Shown: in pieces, positions 39,792-49,895 of the stretch | Layout of the letters: each line of letters starts with the position of its first letter | Position numbering within the stretch: position 1 is the first letter of the stretch | Assembly: GCA_977020255.1 (NCBI GenBank) | Contig: CDROCS010000410.1 | Span: forward strand, 310,001 to 374,000 | Length of the DNA stretch: 64,000 nucleotides | DNA from: Obrimoposthia wandeli | Lineage: Eukaryota | Direction: 5' to 3' | Translations under genes and position numbers: made by a program | Notes under the pieces: generated by a model | Seen by the model: only the letters and a program-made list of their open reading frames with translations | Told to the model about the DNA's origin: nothing | Databases searched by the model: none

Positions 39792-39806
39792 GTAAGCTTT
39801 TGTAAG
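39792..39806. promoter_or_regulatory. Possible CpxR/OmpR-family direct-repeat site
   Basis: GTAAG-N5-GTAAG resembles the CpxR consensus GTAAA-N5-GTAAA; lies in the divergent promoter of the protease operon and the MFS gene. Confidence 0.35.
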
Positions 39807-39988
39807 AAATTATAGCGCACCTGTACTTATGCTAACCCCTTAACATAATTGATATTTATTCTTACCACAAAGACGATCTATGTATCACTTATGCTGTACA
39901 CAAGCTAATCAATTAAGTCCCACTAAGACTCAATGAGTATCCATAATAGAGGATTATCATTAATACAGTCTTAATATAAACTGTGTTC

Positions 39989-41191
39989 ATGAATATAAAA
40001 ACAACCCCATTTAACAAAATCCCACTTGCATTAGCCATGATGATCATCGCTACAGGACAAGTGGGTGTCAGCATTTACCTGCCTTCACTGCCATCAATAA
40101 GCCGTGATCTTGGCGTATCTCAAGCCGACGTACAGCAACTCGTCACTCTATTTTTACTGGGGTTTGGATTATCACAACTTTTCTACGGCCCGCTCTCTGA
40201 TGCGATTGGTCGTCGTCCAGTATTCTTACTGGGTCAAGGCATCTACTTAGTCGGGACGCTCATCTGTGTGTTATTCCCAGAAAGCTTTACCGCACTGATT
40301 ACAGGTCGGCTATTACAAGGTCTAGGTGCAGGTAGTGCATCGGTACTGGGCCGCAGTGTGCTCCGCGATAGTTACAGTGGCAGTCAATTAGTACAAGCGT
40401 TGTCTTATATGTCGATCACAGCCTCTATATTGCCGATTGTAGCCCCTGTTGTCGGTGGCTGGGCAGCATGGCATTTCGGCTGGCAATCCGTGTTCAGCTT
40501 TGTATTATTGTATCTATCGGCTATTTTGACGTTGGGTTATTTTGTATTACCAGAAACGCTACCCCATCCGGTCACCAAGTTTAAGATTAAAGACACAATA
40601 CGAGGCTATTGGCATTTATCTCGAAACTACCAAGTGATCTCATCGGCTAGCTATAACTGGATTGGTTATTTATCAACACTGGTATCTGTGTCGCTGCTAC
40701 CTTTCCTATTACAAGAAGGGTTAGACCTCAGTGCCGCAGAGTATGGTGAAGTCATGATCATTCCTTCTGCAGGTCTGTTGATCGGTAGTTTGACACTCAA
40801 TAAATTGAATAAACGTTTCACCACCAATCAATTGATGTACTTAGCATCGAGTATCATGATGATGGCTGGCTGTTGGTTGGTCTTCAATGAGATGTCGTTG
40901 GTCAATCTTATATTTGGCTTTACCCTGTTAACAATCGCACAGGGCATCAGTTTCCCACTATCAATTAGTATGTTGCTTGCCCCGCACAGTAAACAAGTAG
41001 GCGCGGTATCTGCATTATCAGGATCAGTGCAAATGTGTTTAGCAGGGCTTGTCGGTGGATTCTTGATTAATCACTTTATCGATAGTCAAATGAGTCTTGG
41101 TTTGTTTTATTTAATCACAGGCTCATCGATTGCATTAGTCCTCACCCATAGCCGTCATAAACAGCGCCTTGCTGCCCATACGGCATGTTGA
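39989..41191 (+). CDS. Bcr/CflA (DHA1) family MFS drug efflux transporter
   Basis: IYLPSLP, QLFYGPLSDAIGRRPV, GRLLQGLGAG, LPET. Confidence 0.9.
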   Translation: MNIKTTPFNKIPLALAMMIIATGQVGVSIYLPSLPSISRDLGVSQADVQQLVTLFLLGFGLSQLFYGPLSDAIGRRPVFLLGQGIYLVGTLICVLFPESFTALITGRLLQGLGAGSASVLGRSVLRDSYSGSQLVQALSYMSITASILPIVAPVVGGWAAWHFGWQSVFSFVLLYLSAILTLGYFVLPETLPHPVTKFKIKDTIRGYWHLSRNYQVISSASYNWIGYLSTLVSVSLLPFLLQEGLDLSAAEYGEVMIIPSAGLLIGSLTLNKLNKRFTTNQLMYLASSIMMMAGCWLVFNEMSLVNLIFGFTLLTIAQGISFPLSISMLLAPHSKQVGAVSALSGSVQMCLAGLVGGFLINHFIDSQMSLGLFYLITGSSIALVLTHSRHKQRLAAHTAC

Positions 41192-41297
41192 TAAAAGAGA
41201 GGCTCAATACTGAGCTGGGTGAGTAATGCATCGAGGGACGCTTTCGTGCTCATTTCTTGCTATTATTACTTCTTATCAAATTAACAAGGTAGGTTGT

Positions 41298-41774
41298 ATG
41301 TCAGTATGGAAGAGTCTGGTAATAGTATGTGTTTTGGTACTGAGCGGGTGTACGAACATACAAAATTTACGCGATCTGGATGTGAGCTTAATTAAGATCG
41401 AATCGATTCCATCAGTTGGATTATCGCCCCGCTTTAACGTGCATTTATTGGTATCAAATCCTAACGCACAAGATTTAAATATTGAAGGGCTCAGTTTACA
41501 ACTTAACGTGGCCGATAAAAAAATACTGTCAGGTGTATCAAACCAGCTACCAACCCTAAAAGCCTACAGTGAAACGCCAATCGAAGTACAAACCAACGTC
41601 AATTTATTTTATATATTCAAAGTCCTCACATCCTTAAATCAACAGTCAGGTGAAGGGATCAAGTATCAACTTAAAACAACCATAGATCCGCAAGGCTTTA
41701 TCCCATTAAATGTCACTAAAGAAGGTATTTTAGATGAGGATATTTTACAGGGGCTTTCTACAATAGCTAACTAG
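41298..41774 (+). CDS. LEA type 2 (WHy domain) lipoprotein
   Basis: Lipobox LSGC after ATG 41298; VSNPNAQDLNIEG. Confidence 0.8.
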   Translation: MSVWKSLVIVCVLVLSGCTNIQNLRDLDVSLIKIESIPSVGLSPRFNVHLLVSNPNAQDLNIEGLSLQLNVADKKILSGVSNQLPTLKAYSETPIEVQTNVNLFYIFKVLTSLNQQSGEGIKYQLKTTIDPQGFIPLNVTKEGILDEDILQGLSTIAN

Positions 41775-41837
41775 CAGTTAGACATAATGCCGAGTAAAAT
41801 AATCAACAATACGATGATGAAAAGTAAATATTGAGAT

Positions 41838-41875
41838 AAAAAAATACCGCTCACCATACAGTGAGCGGTATTTTT
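41838..41875. terminator. Bidirectional intrinsic terminator
   Basis: aaaaaataccgctcac-cataca-gtgagcggtattttt. Confidence 0.9.
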
Positions 41876-41920
41876 ATACTATGCGTAGATACGATATTTA
41901 ATACTACAGAAGCCTAGTCG

Positions 41921-43132
41921 TTATTTTTTAACTGGACGGCGACGACGTGGTGGCTGTGAACGTTTTGGTACATAACCTAAGATAGAATCAGGGATACCCA
42001 CTTTCGCTTCAAAACCTTCAACTTCTTTACGTTCGATAACGTGCTCTAGCAATTGTTCGATAGCACATAAGCTACGGAAATCATCACGAGATACTAGTGA
42101 AATAGCTTCACCCGTTGCACCAGCACGGCCAGTACGACCGATACGGTGAACATAATCAGCCGCTTCTTCAGGTAGATCGTAGTTAACTACACGATCTAAG
42201 TCATCAATATCAATACCACGAGAAGCAACACCAGTTGCAACAAGTAAGCCTAGCTCACCGGATTTGAATTCTGCAAGTAACTGCTCACGCATAGCTTGGC
42301 TACGACCACTGTGGAATGATTCCGCTTTGATACCGCGTTTTTCAAGCTGAGAAACTAATTTAGCTGCGCCACGTTTAGTCTCAATAAAGATCAACGCTTG
42401 CTTCCAGTCATTTTCAACAATCATATGGCTAAGCAATGCAGATTTAACATCTTTATCAACTACAGTTAACCACTGGTCAATTTCTGGTGCAGTTGTATTC
42501 TCTGGTTCAATCGAAATTTCCAGTGCGTAGTTAATAGCAGTTTTTGCTAAGAAACGTACTTTGTTCGATAACGTTGCCGAGAACAATAGGTTTTGACGTT
42601 CTTGCGGTAAACGCTCAATGATTTTATTGATGTCGTTAACAAAACCCATGTCTAACATTCTGTCCGCTTCATCGATAACTAATACTTCTAGTTCATCGAA
42701 ATGCAGCGCACGTTGGTGGATCATATCCAATAAACGACCTGGCGTCGCAACCAGAATATCAACGCCTTCGATTAGACGTTGTTTCTGTGGATCGATATCA
42801 ACACCACCGTACATCGCCATTGATGTAAGGTGTAAGTGACGACCATATTGCTCAACATTTTCAGCTACCTGAACCGCTAGTTCACGTGTTGGCGTTAAGA
42901 TCAGCGCACGAATACGCTTACCACGAAGTGTGTGCTTGTGGCTGAACATTTGTAATAGTGGTAATACAAAACTTGCTGTTTTACCTGTACCTGTTTGCGC
43001 AGCCGCGATCAGGTTTTTACCCGATAAAATAGCCGGTATTGCTTTTTGTTGAATTGGAGTTGGTTGCGTGTAGCCTTGTTCCGCTACCGCTTGTGTAATT
43101 AATTTGTTTAATCCAAACTTAGAAAATGGCAT
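41921..43132 (-). CDS. DEAD-box RNA helicase (RhlE-like)
   Basis: Q motif, AQTGTGKT, PTRELA, DEAD, SAT, RGID, HRIGRTGRAG. Confidence 0.95.
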   Translation of the reverse strand: MPFSKFGLNKLITQAVAEQGYTQPTPIQQKAIPAILSGKNLIAAAQTGTGKTASFVLPLLQMFSHKHTLRGKRIRALILTPTRELAVQVAENVEQYGRHLHLTSMAMYGGVDIDPQKQRLIEGVDILVATPGRLLDMIHQRALHFDELEVLVIDEADRMLDMGFVNDINKIIERLPQERQNLLFSATLSNKVRFLAKTAINYALEISIEPENTTAPEIDQWLTVVDKDVKSALLSHMIVENDWKQALIFIETKRGAAKLVSQLEKRGIKAESFHSGRSQAMREQLLAEFKSGELGLLVATGVASRGIDIDDLDRVVNYDLPEEAADYVHRIGRTGRAGATGEAISLVSRDDFRSLCAIEQLLEHVIERKEVEGFEAKVGIPDSILGYVPKRSQPPRRRRPVKK

Positions 43133-43256
43133 TTTTGATCTCAGGTATTTGATAAATAGGTAAAATAAATTTAAATAGATGAACTGCTAAAATTGGAATT
43201 AATAACAGTTTTATATTGGCGTGCATTCTAACACGAAGCAAGGCTTGCGGGGTAAC

Positions 43257-44237
43257 TTAACGTTTACTGTTTTTATTTTGGTACATCAACTGATCTGTCT
43301 GTTGAATCATCTCATCCAATAGTGTCATTTTTTCATGCTTAAACACACAATAACCATAACTAATCGACGTGCTGTCACTAATATCATATTTGGCTACCGA
43401 ACTACTGTAACAATCCAATATTCGCAATGATAAATTTTCTAAATGTTGCATATATTCATCCCCATCACAGAAAGACGTCATAATGATAAACTCATCGCCA
43501 CCAAGACGGGCAATAATGTCACTCTCGCGGCCACTTGCCTTAATCGCATCGGCAAGGATGATAATGCATTCGTCACCGATTTGATGCCCATGTTTATCAT
43601 TAACCCATTTCAAATGATCAATATCGAGATAAATAAAACCTATGGTTTGCTTTGAACGTCGCGCCTCTTTAATACGCTGTTCACCTAAAAAAGATAATCC
43701 GCGGCGGTTGTTAATACCTGTTAGCTCATCAGTTAATGCTAAGTCGCGAATATCTTGATAATCACGTAGCATCTTTAAATCTGCGGCTATCAGTCGGCTA
43801 AACTGGGCAAGTAACTTAATTAATACCGACGAATGATTCGTGGCTTTGGTATCAATAACGCAAATGGTGCCGAATAGTTCACCTGAAGGCCAAAATATCG
43901 GTAAGCCACAATAAGAACGTACTTTGCCTTCGAGTACTGCAGGCGAATATTTCCAATAGTTATCCAACTTCGCTTGTTGAACATCCAGCCCTTTTTGGGT
44001 TTCTATAATACGCCGACAAAAACTATTCATATCCCATGGCCATGCGTCATTACAGGATAAAAAGTTATCTTCATTTTGGCTTGCAACGACAACATTAAAT
44101 TCATTTTGTCGAAATTGCACAATCGTCCCACATGCAGAATCAAACAATTCAGAAATTAAATCTGCAATCTCCTGCCACTTATTTAAGTCGATAATGTTTT
44201 GTTGAGAGCGAGATAAACAAGCCTGATAATCCAGCAT
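43257..44237 (-). CDS. GAF-GGDEF diguanylate cyclase
   Basis: GAF (YCGLPIFWPSGELFGTICVID); DELTGINNRR, RESD I-site, GGDEF. Confidence 0.9.
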   Translation of the reverse strand: MLDYQACLSRSQQNIIDLNKWQEIADLISELFDSACGTIVQFRQNEFNVVVASQNEDNFLSCNDAWPWDMNSFCRRIIETQKGLDVQQAKLDNYWKYSPAVLEGKVRSYCGLPIFWPSGELFGTICVIDTKATNHSSVLIKLLAQFSRLIAADLKMLRDYQDIRDLALTDELTGINNRRGLSFLGEQRIKEARRSKQTIGFIYLDIDHLKWVNDKHGHQIGDECIIILADAIKASGRESDIIARLGGDEFIIMTSFCDGDEYMQHLENLSLRILDCYSSSVAKYDISDSTSISYGYCVFKHEKMTLLDEMIQQTDQLMYQNKNSKR

Positions 44238-44435
44238 ATAAAATTCCTTTTCATATCATAAAATAATCACTTCACTGTAAATAACAGCGAAATTTTATCC
44301 TGTTTCATTAACTAAAGCATAAAAACCAATATCTTGAATAAATAGTTCTCAATTTATGTCATATTATGATGACAGCGCTTAATTTTAGGATTTTTCTTGT
44401 GACATTCTCCAAATCAACCAAAGAGCACATAATTT

Positions 44436-45533
44436 ATGTTTGATGCCATTAAAGGGTTCATCAACCCAAGTAAAAACCCTGATATATCCAAAGCCTTCGA
44501 ATATCAAAATACGCATTTGCCAACATTATGGTTACTGGGTAAAACAGGCGCAGGAAAATCATCACTGATCCAAGCAGTGACAGGCGATAGTGATGTGGAA
44601 ATTGGCAATGGATTCGAACCTTGTACCATGACATCACATGCTTATAGTTACCCGAAAGCAACGCCCCTACTCCGCTTTCTTGATACACGCGGTTTATCTG
44701 AAGCTGATTATGACCCTGCAGAGGATATCCAGATCAGCGCGCAACAAGGCCACGCCTTACTCATCATTGCTAAAGCCGAAGAACCAGAACAACGAGATGT
44801 TATCAACGCACTCACAAAAATAAAAAAACAAGGTTCAATCAAGCAAATTTTAGTCGTACACACGGCGGTAAAACAGCTGAGCTTAGATGAACAAAACAAA
44901 ACGGTGCAATACAACCAACAGCAATTTGAAAAGACATGGGGAAGCAAAATAGCCCATGTTGAAGTCGACTTTGAACTTGCTAATGGTGAGATGTTTGGCA
45001 TACCAGCACTAACAGAAAAGTTGATTGAACTATTACCTATCATCCAACAGTTTAATCATGACCAACAACATGCCGACACTGAAGGCGCCAACTTTCAAAA
45101 ACTAAAAACTGAAATACTCTGGTATGCGGGGTCTGCTGGTGCTGCCGATGCCATTCCTGCCGTTGGTCTTGTCGCGGTACCAAGTATTCAAGCCAAAATG
45201 CTCCACAGTTTGGCAAATCAGTACGGTGTCGATTGGGATAAACAAGCCTTTGCTGAATTTATAGGAACATTAGGATCTGGCTTTGCCTTTCAATACGCAT
45301 CTAAGCTCGGTATTCGCCAATTAGTTAAACTCATTCCCGCTTATGGGCAAACCATAGGTAGTGCATCTGCCGCAGTGATTAGCTTTGCATCCACCTATGC
45401 TATTGGTCGCGCAGCTTGTAAATACATGTATCACAAGAGTAAAGGCGAGACAGTCTCGAATCAAGATATGCAGGACGTATACAAAGATGCATTAGCAAAT
45501 ATTAAAGAGGTAGCAAAAAGTGAAACGCGTTAA
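44436..45533 (+). CDS. P-loop GTPase with C-terminal DUF697/YcjF-like helical domain
   Basis: G1 GKTGAGKS, G3 DTRG; C-terminal AGAADAIPAVGLVAVPSIQAKML. Confidence 0.8.
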   Translation: MFDAIKGFINPSKNPDISKAFEYQNTHLPTLWLLGKTGAGKSSLIQAVTGDSDVEIGNGFEPCTMTSHAYSYPKATPLLRFLDTRGLSEADYDPAEDIQISAQQGHALLIIAKAEEPEQRDVINALTKIKKQGSIKQILVVHTAVKQLSLDEQNKTVQYNQQQFEKTWGSKIAHVEVDFELANGEMFGIPALTEKLIELLPIIQQFNHDQQHADTEGANFQKLKTEILWYAGSAGAADAIPAVGLVAVPSIQAKMLHSLANQYGVDWDKQAFAEFIGTLGSGFAFQYASKLGIRQLVKLIPAYGQTIGSASAAVISFASTYAIGRAACKYMYHKSKGETVSNQDMQDVYKDALANIKEVAKSETR

Positions 45534-47061
45534 AAACAGCTTAACCCAATTAGACAAGCTTTCAAGTGGCGTCACCGCCGTGCTTACTTTGGCCATATTG
45601 TTACCGATATTAGTACTGTGTGGCTTTGGTTTATACGCCATTATCCAATATGGTTATACCCTACACTTTGCCATTGCACTGGTTGCTAGTTTTTTCCTTT
45701 TCTACATACCCTTGTTATGGTTACGCCGTAAAGCCAACATTAAAGTAGCGACATTACCTGAGAATAAAGACAGTCTCGTTCAAGCCTCTGGCGACTGGTC
45801 CGACGCTGAAAATGCCATTTGGCAACGCCTTAATGAAAACATTGAAGCACAATTATCCGAAGATGATGCATGGGGTTCATTAAAAAGCCACGGTTTAGTT
45901 ATTGCCAACGCGACAGCACAAGCATTCTCACGTGGTGATCTGCAATTCTCGGTCACTGACGGTTTAAAGCTACTGGAAGAAGTCAGCAGACGTTACCGTG
46001 CAACCCTCAAAGACAACGTGCCTTTTGTTGAAAGCATTAAAGTCTCACACCTCAAGTTTATTTTTGACCATCAAGACAAAATAGAAACTGGTAAACAAGC
46101 GGCGGACTTACTCAGTAAAGCTTATCGAGTCTATCAATTTATCAACCCCATTGCGGCTGTCACGAAGGAAGTGCGTAACAAGTTGCTCGGCGATATTGCT
46201 GGTAACGTCGGCGATAATTTACAACTCAATATGAAACGGGCATTTTTGCAAGAAGTCGCTGCCGTCTCTATTGATTTATACAGTGGCCGCTTTTCGATTG
46301 AAGACCAAGACATTAAGAAAAGTACTATCGCAGTGGAAGATGAGCAAAGTGAACCTAAGCCACTAGAACCCTTACGCATTGCCGTTATCGGGCAAATTAG
46401 CGCAGGTAAATCATCGCTGATAAATACCATTAAAGGCGCGCTTGACGCAGAAGTAAGTGCACTGCCCTCAACCAATGCTGTGAATGTTTACAGCTGCGCA
46501 ATTGGGGATATAGAAGTGCTAAACTTGGTTGATTTACCGGGACTCGATGGTGATGAAAAAACCAATAAAACAGTACTCAAACATGTGACAAATGCAGACA
46601 TGGTGCTGTGGGTATTAAAAGCCAACCAATCATCACGCCAACTTGATCGCCAATTCATGCTCAGCTTAGAAGAGTTTTACGCGCACAAGGATAACTTACA
46701 CCGTAAGAAGCCTGTAATTACCGGTATTCTAAATCAAGTTGATAAGTTAAAACCGTTAGCTGAATGGTCGCCCCCTTATGATTTAAATCAGTCTGATTCA
46801 CCCAAAGTTGATACCATCAATAAAGCCATTGAGTACAATCAAAAACTGCTCAATTTGGATAATATCATCCCAACATCGTTTTCTAGCGAATCACAGGTCT
46901 GGGGGCTTGAAAGCTTAGAGCAACTGATTACCACTAATGTCGATGAAAGTATCAATGTGCAACGTAATCGACAACGCTTAGAAAGTGGCAATACTAGCGC
47001 ATCGGCACAATTTAAGCGGGTCTTCAGCGGGGGTAAAAGCCTGTTTAAGAATATGATCTAG
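45520..47061 (+). CDS. Membrane-anchored P-loop GTPase (N-terminal TM pair, C-terminal G domain)
   Basis: Two TM helices; G1 GQISAGKS, G3 DLPG, G4 NQVD; GTG start overlaps the upstream gene. Confidence 0.8.
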   Translation: MKRVKNSLTQLDKLSSGVTAVLTLAILLPILVLCGFGLYAIIQYGYTLHFAIALVASFFLFYIPLLWLRRKANIKVATLPENKDSLVQASGDWSDAENAIWQRLNENIEAQLSEDDAWGSLKSHGLVIANATAQAFSRGDLQFSVTDGLKLLEEVSRRYRATLKDNVPFVESIKVSHLKFIFDHQDKIETGKQAADLLSKAYRVYQFINPIAAVTKEVRNKLLGDIAGNVGDNLQLNMKRAFLQEVAAVSIDLYSGRFSIEDQDIKKSTIAVEDEQSEPKPLEPLRIAVIGQISAGKSSLINTIKGALDAEVSALPSTNAVNVYSCAIGDIEVLNLVDLPGLDGDEKTNKTVLKHVTNADMVLWVLKANQSSRQLDRQFMLSLEEFYAHKDNLHRKKPVITGILNQVDKLKPLAEWSPPYDLNQSDSPKVDTINKAIEYNQKLLNLDNIIPTSFSSESQVWGLESLEQLITTNVDESINVQRNRQRLESGNTSASAQFKRVFSGGKSLFKNMI

Positions 47062-47070
47062 GTAAAGTAG

Positions 47071-47104
47071 GTCGTCGATATGACTGAATAACCATATCGA
47101 CGAC
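47071..47104. terminator. Inverted repeat between convergent operons
   Basis: gtcgtcgatatg...catatcgacgac, no U tract. Confidence 0.5.
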
Positions 47105-47145
47105 ACGAGATCATAAGATCAGCATCTTACTCACTCATTTACTTA

Positions 47146-49023
47146 CTAGCTTACTGGCACAGCAGCTGAGACCAATTCAAGATGCGCCAAAAATTGCTGT
47201 TTATTCATTTCTCCGACAACCCGCAATTGTTGCAACTCCTGACCATCGGCATCAAAGAACAACATACTTGGCGGACCAAATAATTTAGCTTTTGCCATCC
47301 ACTCCGATTGCGCAGTGGTATTATCGGTAATATCAAACTTCATTGCATTAATGCCTGTCATTTTAGCGACAACTTCTGCATGCGAAAATACCTGCTTATC
47401 CATCACTTTGCATGATGTACACCAGTCTGCGTACAGATCCACCATAGTCACCGCTTTAAGCGCAGGTAAGTTATTAATTGCAGTTTCAATTTTAGTTACC
47501 GATGCTGTTTTCATAAATAACGGTTGTGAACCTTGTTCGGTACCTTTATTCATCACACCACGTTGGGTAATATGTTGCAGCGGATCGGCTAGATCATCAG
47601 CCCCCGTCACCACGCCAATCATAAGCATCGCGCCATAAACCAAGGACACGAACACCACCACATGACGTAACCACAATCGGCTTACTTGTATATCCGTCAT
47701 GTTATGAATGTACATCGCGCAACTGATTATCAACAGCGCCCATAATCCAAGTGTCACCGACGGTGCTGCAAAGCGGCTAATAAGTAAAATAGCAATCGCT
47801 AATAACATCACGCCAAAACCTTGTTTAACGCGGATCATCCAAGGGCCACTACGCGGTAAGAATTTCCCGCCTGATGTACCTATAATAACTAGAGGTACGC
47901 CCATGCCTAACGCCATTACAAATAATACACCACCACCGAATAGCCAGTCCTGAGTGGTTGATACATATAATAATGCCCCCGCTAAAGGTGCAGATACACA
48001 AGGTGAAACAACCAGAGCCGAGATCGCGCCCATCATGAACACGGTAAATACCTTCCCGCCAGATAAGCGTTGTGATTGATTATTTAACGCCACCTGTAAT
48101 CGAGACGGTAATTGCAGTTCATAAACCCCAAACATAGCTAAAGCAAGTAAGACAAACAGTCCAGCAAAAATCACCAATAACCAAGTCTGTTGCATCGCAG
48201 CTTGGATATTAATACCTTGACCCACAGTCGCCATCAGCACGCCAATCATGGCATAGCTCGATGCCATGCCAAGCACATACGCTAACGAAATATAGAAACC
48301 TTTCCACCCCGTCATGCCATCGCCTTGGCCGCCAATAATACTCGATAAAATCGGGATCATCGGCAACACACAAGGCGTAAATGCAAGCCCTAAACCAAGA
48401 ACGAAGAATAACAATAATGCTTGAGCACGCCCGGTACCAGCGAGCATGCTAGCCAAACCTTGACTGTCGTTCGCCGTATCAACAGCCGCGACCGACGCGC
48501 TATTTGATGCGGGCATGACTATGGAAGTGGCCTCAATCGCACTCACATTAATCGTCTTACGTTGTGGTAAATAACATAAACCACTATCAGCACACCCCTG
48601 ATAACTAACCTTCACACTGCCGCTGCCTGTGAAAGGTAACGTGACCGTTAACGCTTGATGATAAACTTTAACCAAGCCAAAGTTAGGATCCTGTTTCTGC
48701 TCTGCAACCACCGAAAATTGCGGCTTAGCTAAACTAATATCGCCATCAAGCTCATCATTAATAGCTTTAAACGAAAATCGTTTATGGTAAAGGTAATAAC
48801 CCGCTTGAGTCGCAAAGTTAAGCACCAGTTTATCGCCATCACTCGACCGTAATATTTCAGACGTGAATGGAAATGCCTCGTTTACCGTTAAAAATTTGGC
48901 CTGTGCATTACTGCTCGCTTGCGCCCAGGTTGATACGCAGATACTAATAATTAACATCAGGAAAATAATGCACTGCACTGCAGCCTTATTTGTCTGTAGT
49001 GATGTTTTTAAAAATGACTTCAT
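47146..49023 (-). CDS. dsbD: Thiol:disulfide interchange protein DsbD
   Basis: N-domain YQGCADSGLCYLP; TM FTPCVLPM and SPCVSAPL; C-terminal thioredoxin WCTSC. Confidence 0.93.
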   Translation of the reverse strand: MKSFLKTSLQTNKAAVQCIIFLMLIISICVSTWAQASSNAQAKFLTVNEAFPFTSEILRSSDGDKLVLNFATQAGYYLYHKRFSFKAINDELDGDISLAKPQFSVVAEQKQDPNFGLVKVYHQALTVTLPFTGSGSVKVSYQGCADSGLCYLPQRKTINVSAIEATSIVMPASNSASVAAVDTANDSQGLASMLAGTGRAQALLLFFVLGLGLAFTPCVLPMIPILSSIIGGQGDGMTGWKGFYISLAYVLGMASSYAMIGVLMATVGQGINIQAAMQQTWLLVIFAGLFVLLALAMFGVYELQLPSRLQVALNNQSQRLSGGKVFTVFMMGAISALVVSPCVSAPLAGALLYVSTTQDWLFGGGVLFVMALGMGVPLVIIGTSGGKFLPRSGPWMIRVKQGFGVMLLAIAILLISRFAAPSVTLGLWALLIISCAMYIHNMTDIQVSRLWLRHVVVFVSLVYGAMLMIGVVTGADDLADPLQHITQRGVMNKGTEQGSQPLFMKTASVTKIETAINNLPALKAVTMVDLYADWCTSCKVMDKQVFSHAEVVAKMTGINAMKFDITDNTTAQSEWMAKAKLFGPPSMLFFDADGQELQQLRVVGEMNKQQFLAHLELVSAAVPVS

Positions 49024-49895
49024 AGTAATAAAAAATCCGTATTTTGGTGAACGTTTAATTGTTCATCTACAAGTGCAAAACCAATCTCTTCAGGAACGGC
49101 TAAGCGAGGGTTAATTGTTAATGCGGTACTCATGATCCCAGCTTGTAAAGCCGTGTTCGCGACAACGGTTACCGAGATAACCTGTTTATGGGTATCCTGC
49201 GAAGCTAGTATGTGCGAGCTGTCATGATCAGAAAACTGCTCTCGCCTTGCATAGTGTGCCGACGTAGTCAGCGCTTGATTACGCAACGGTAAAGCAAACA
49301 ACGCTTGCGCTTGGTCATAAGGGTTTACGACTCCAACAATGAAATCATCACCATCTGCTTTATGACCTGCAACGCGAATATCACCACCAAAGTTAATCAA
49401 CACACCACTGCTTGAGGCTGATGCCATCGCTAACGCTTGATCAACAGCTACTTCTTTAATCACACCGCCAAGGTCTAACTGAGTAAGTGGAAAATGTAAG
49501 AGTAAGCAATCATCTTCAATCTCCCATGCGCTCAACCCCATATAAGGTGCCGCATCTTGATATATTTGCTCTCGAGTTAACGTACTGCGCTGTAATAATG
49601 CTTTCACGGTGCCAACGGTAATATCAAAAATACCCTGCGTTAAAGCACTGTAATCTCGCACCTTAATTAAAATATCACGAGTTTCAGCATCGACCATGAC
49701 ACGCTTACTCTCTCGCTGATTGATCAAGGTAGTCAGCATTGACATAGCAGAATAGAAATTAAACTTATCTTCCAGGCGCTTGGTATTCGCTTCAATATCA
49801 AGCGCAAGTTGCGCAGCATTTTCGGAAACCAAAGTCACTTCACAAGGCACTGTCATCGCCATAAAATGGTGCGTATAAGATTTTTTAGTAGTCAT
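49020..49895 (-). CDS. apbE: FAD:protein FMN transferase ApbE (no signal peptide)
   Basis: FDITVG, LDLGGVIKEVAVD, INFGGDI, TTSAHYAR. Confidence 0.85.
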   Translation of the reverse strand: MTTKKSYTHHFMAMTVPCEVTLVSENAAQLALDIEANTKRLEDKFNFYSAMSMLTTLINQRESKRVMVDAETRDILIKVRDYSALTQGIFDITVGTVKALLQRSTLTREQIYQDAAPYMGLSAWEIEDDCLLLHFPLTQLDLGGVIKEVAVDQALAMASASSSGVLINFGGDIRVAGHKADGDDFIVGVVNPYDQAQALFALPLRNQALTTSAHYARREQFSDHDSSHILASQDTHKQVISVTVVANTALQAGIMSTALTINPRLAVPEEIGFALVDEQLNVHQNTDFLLL

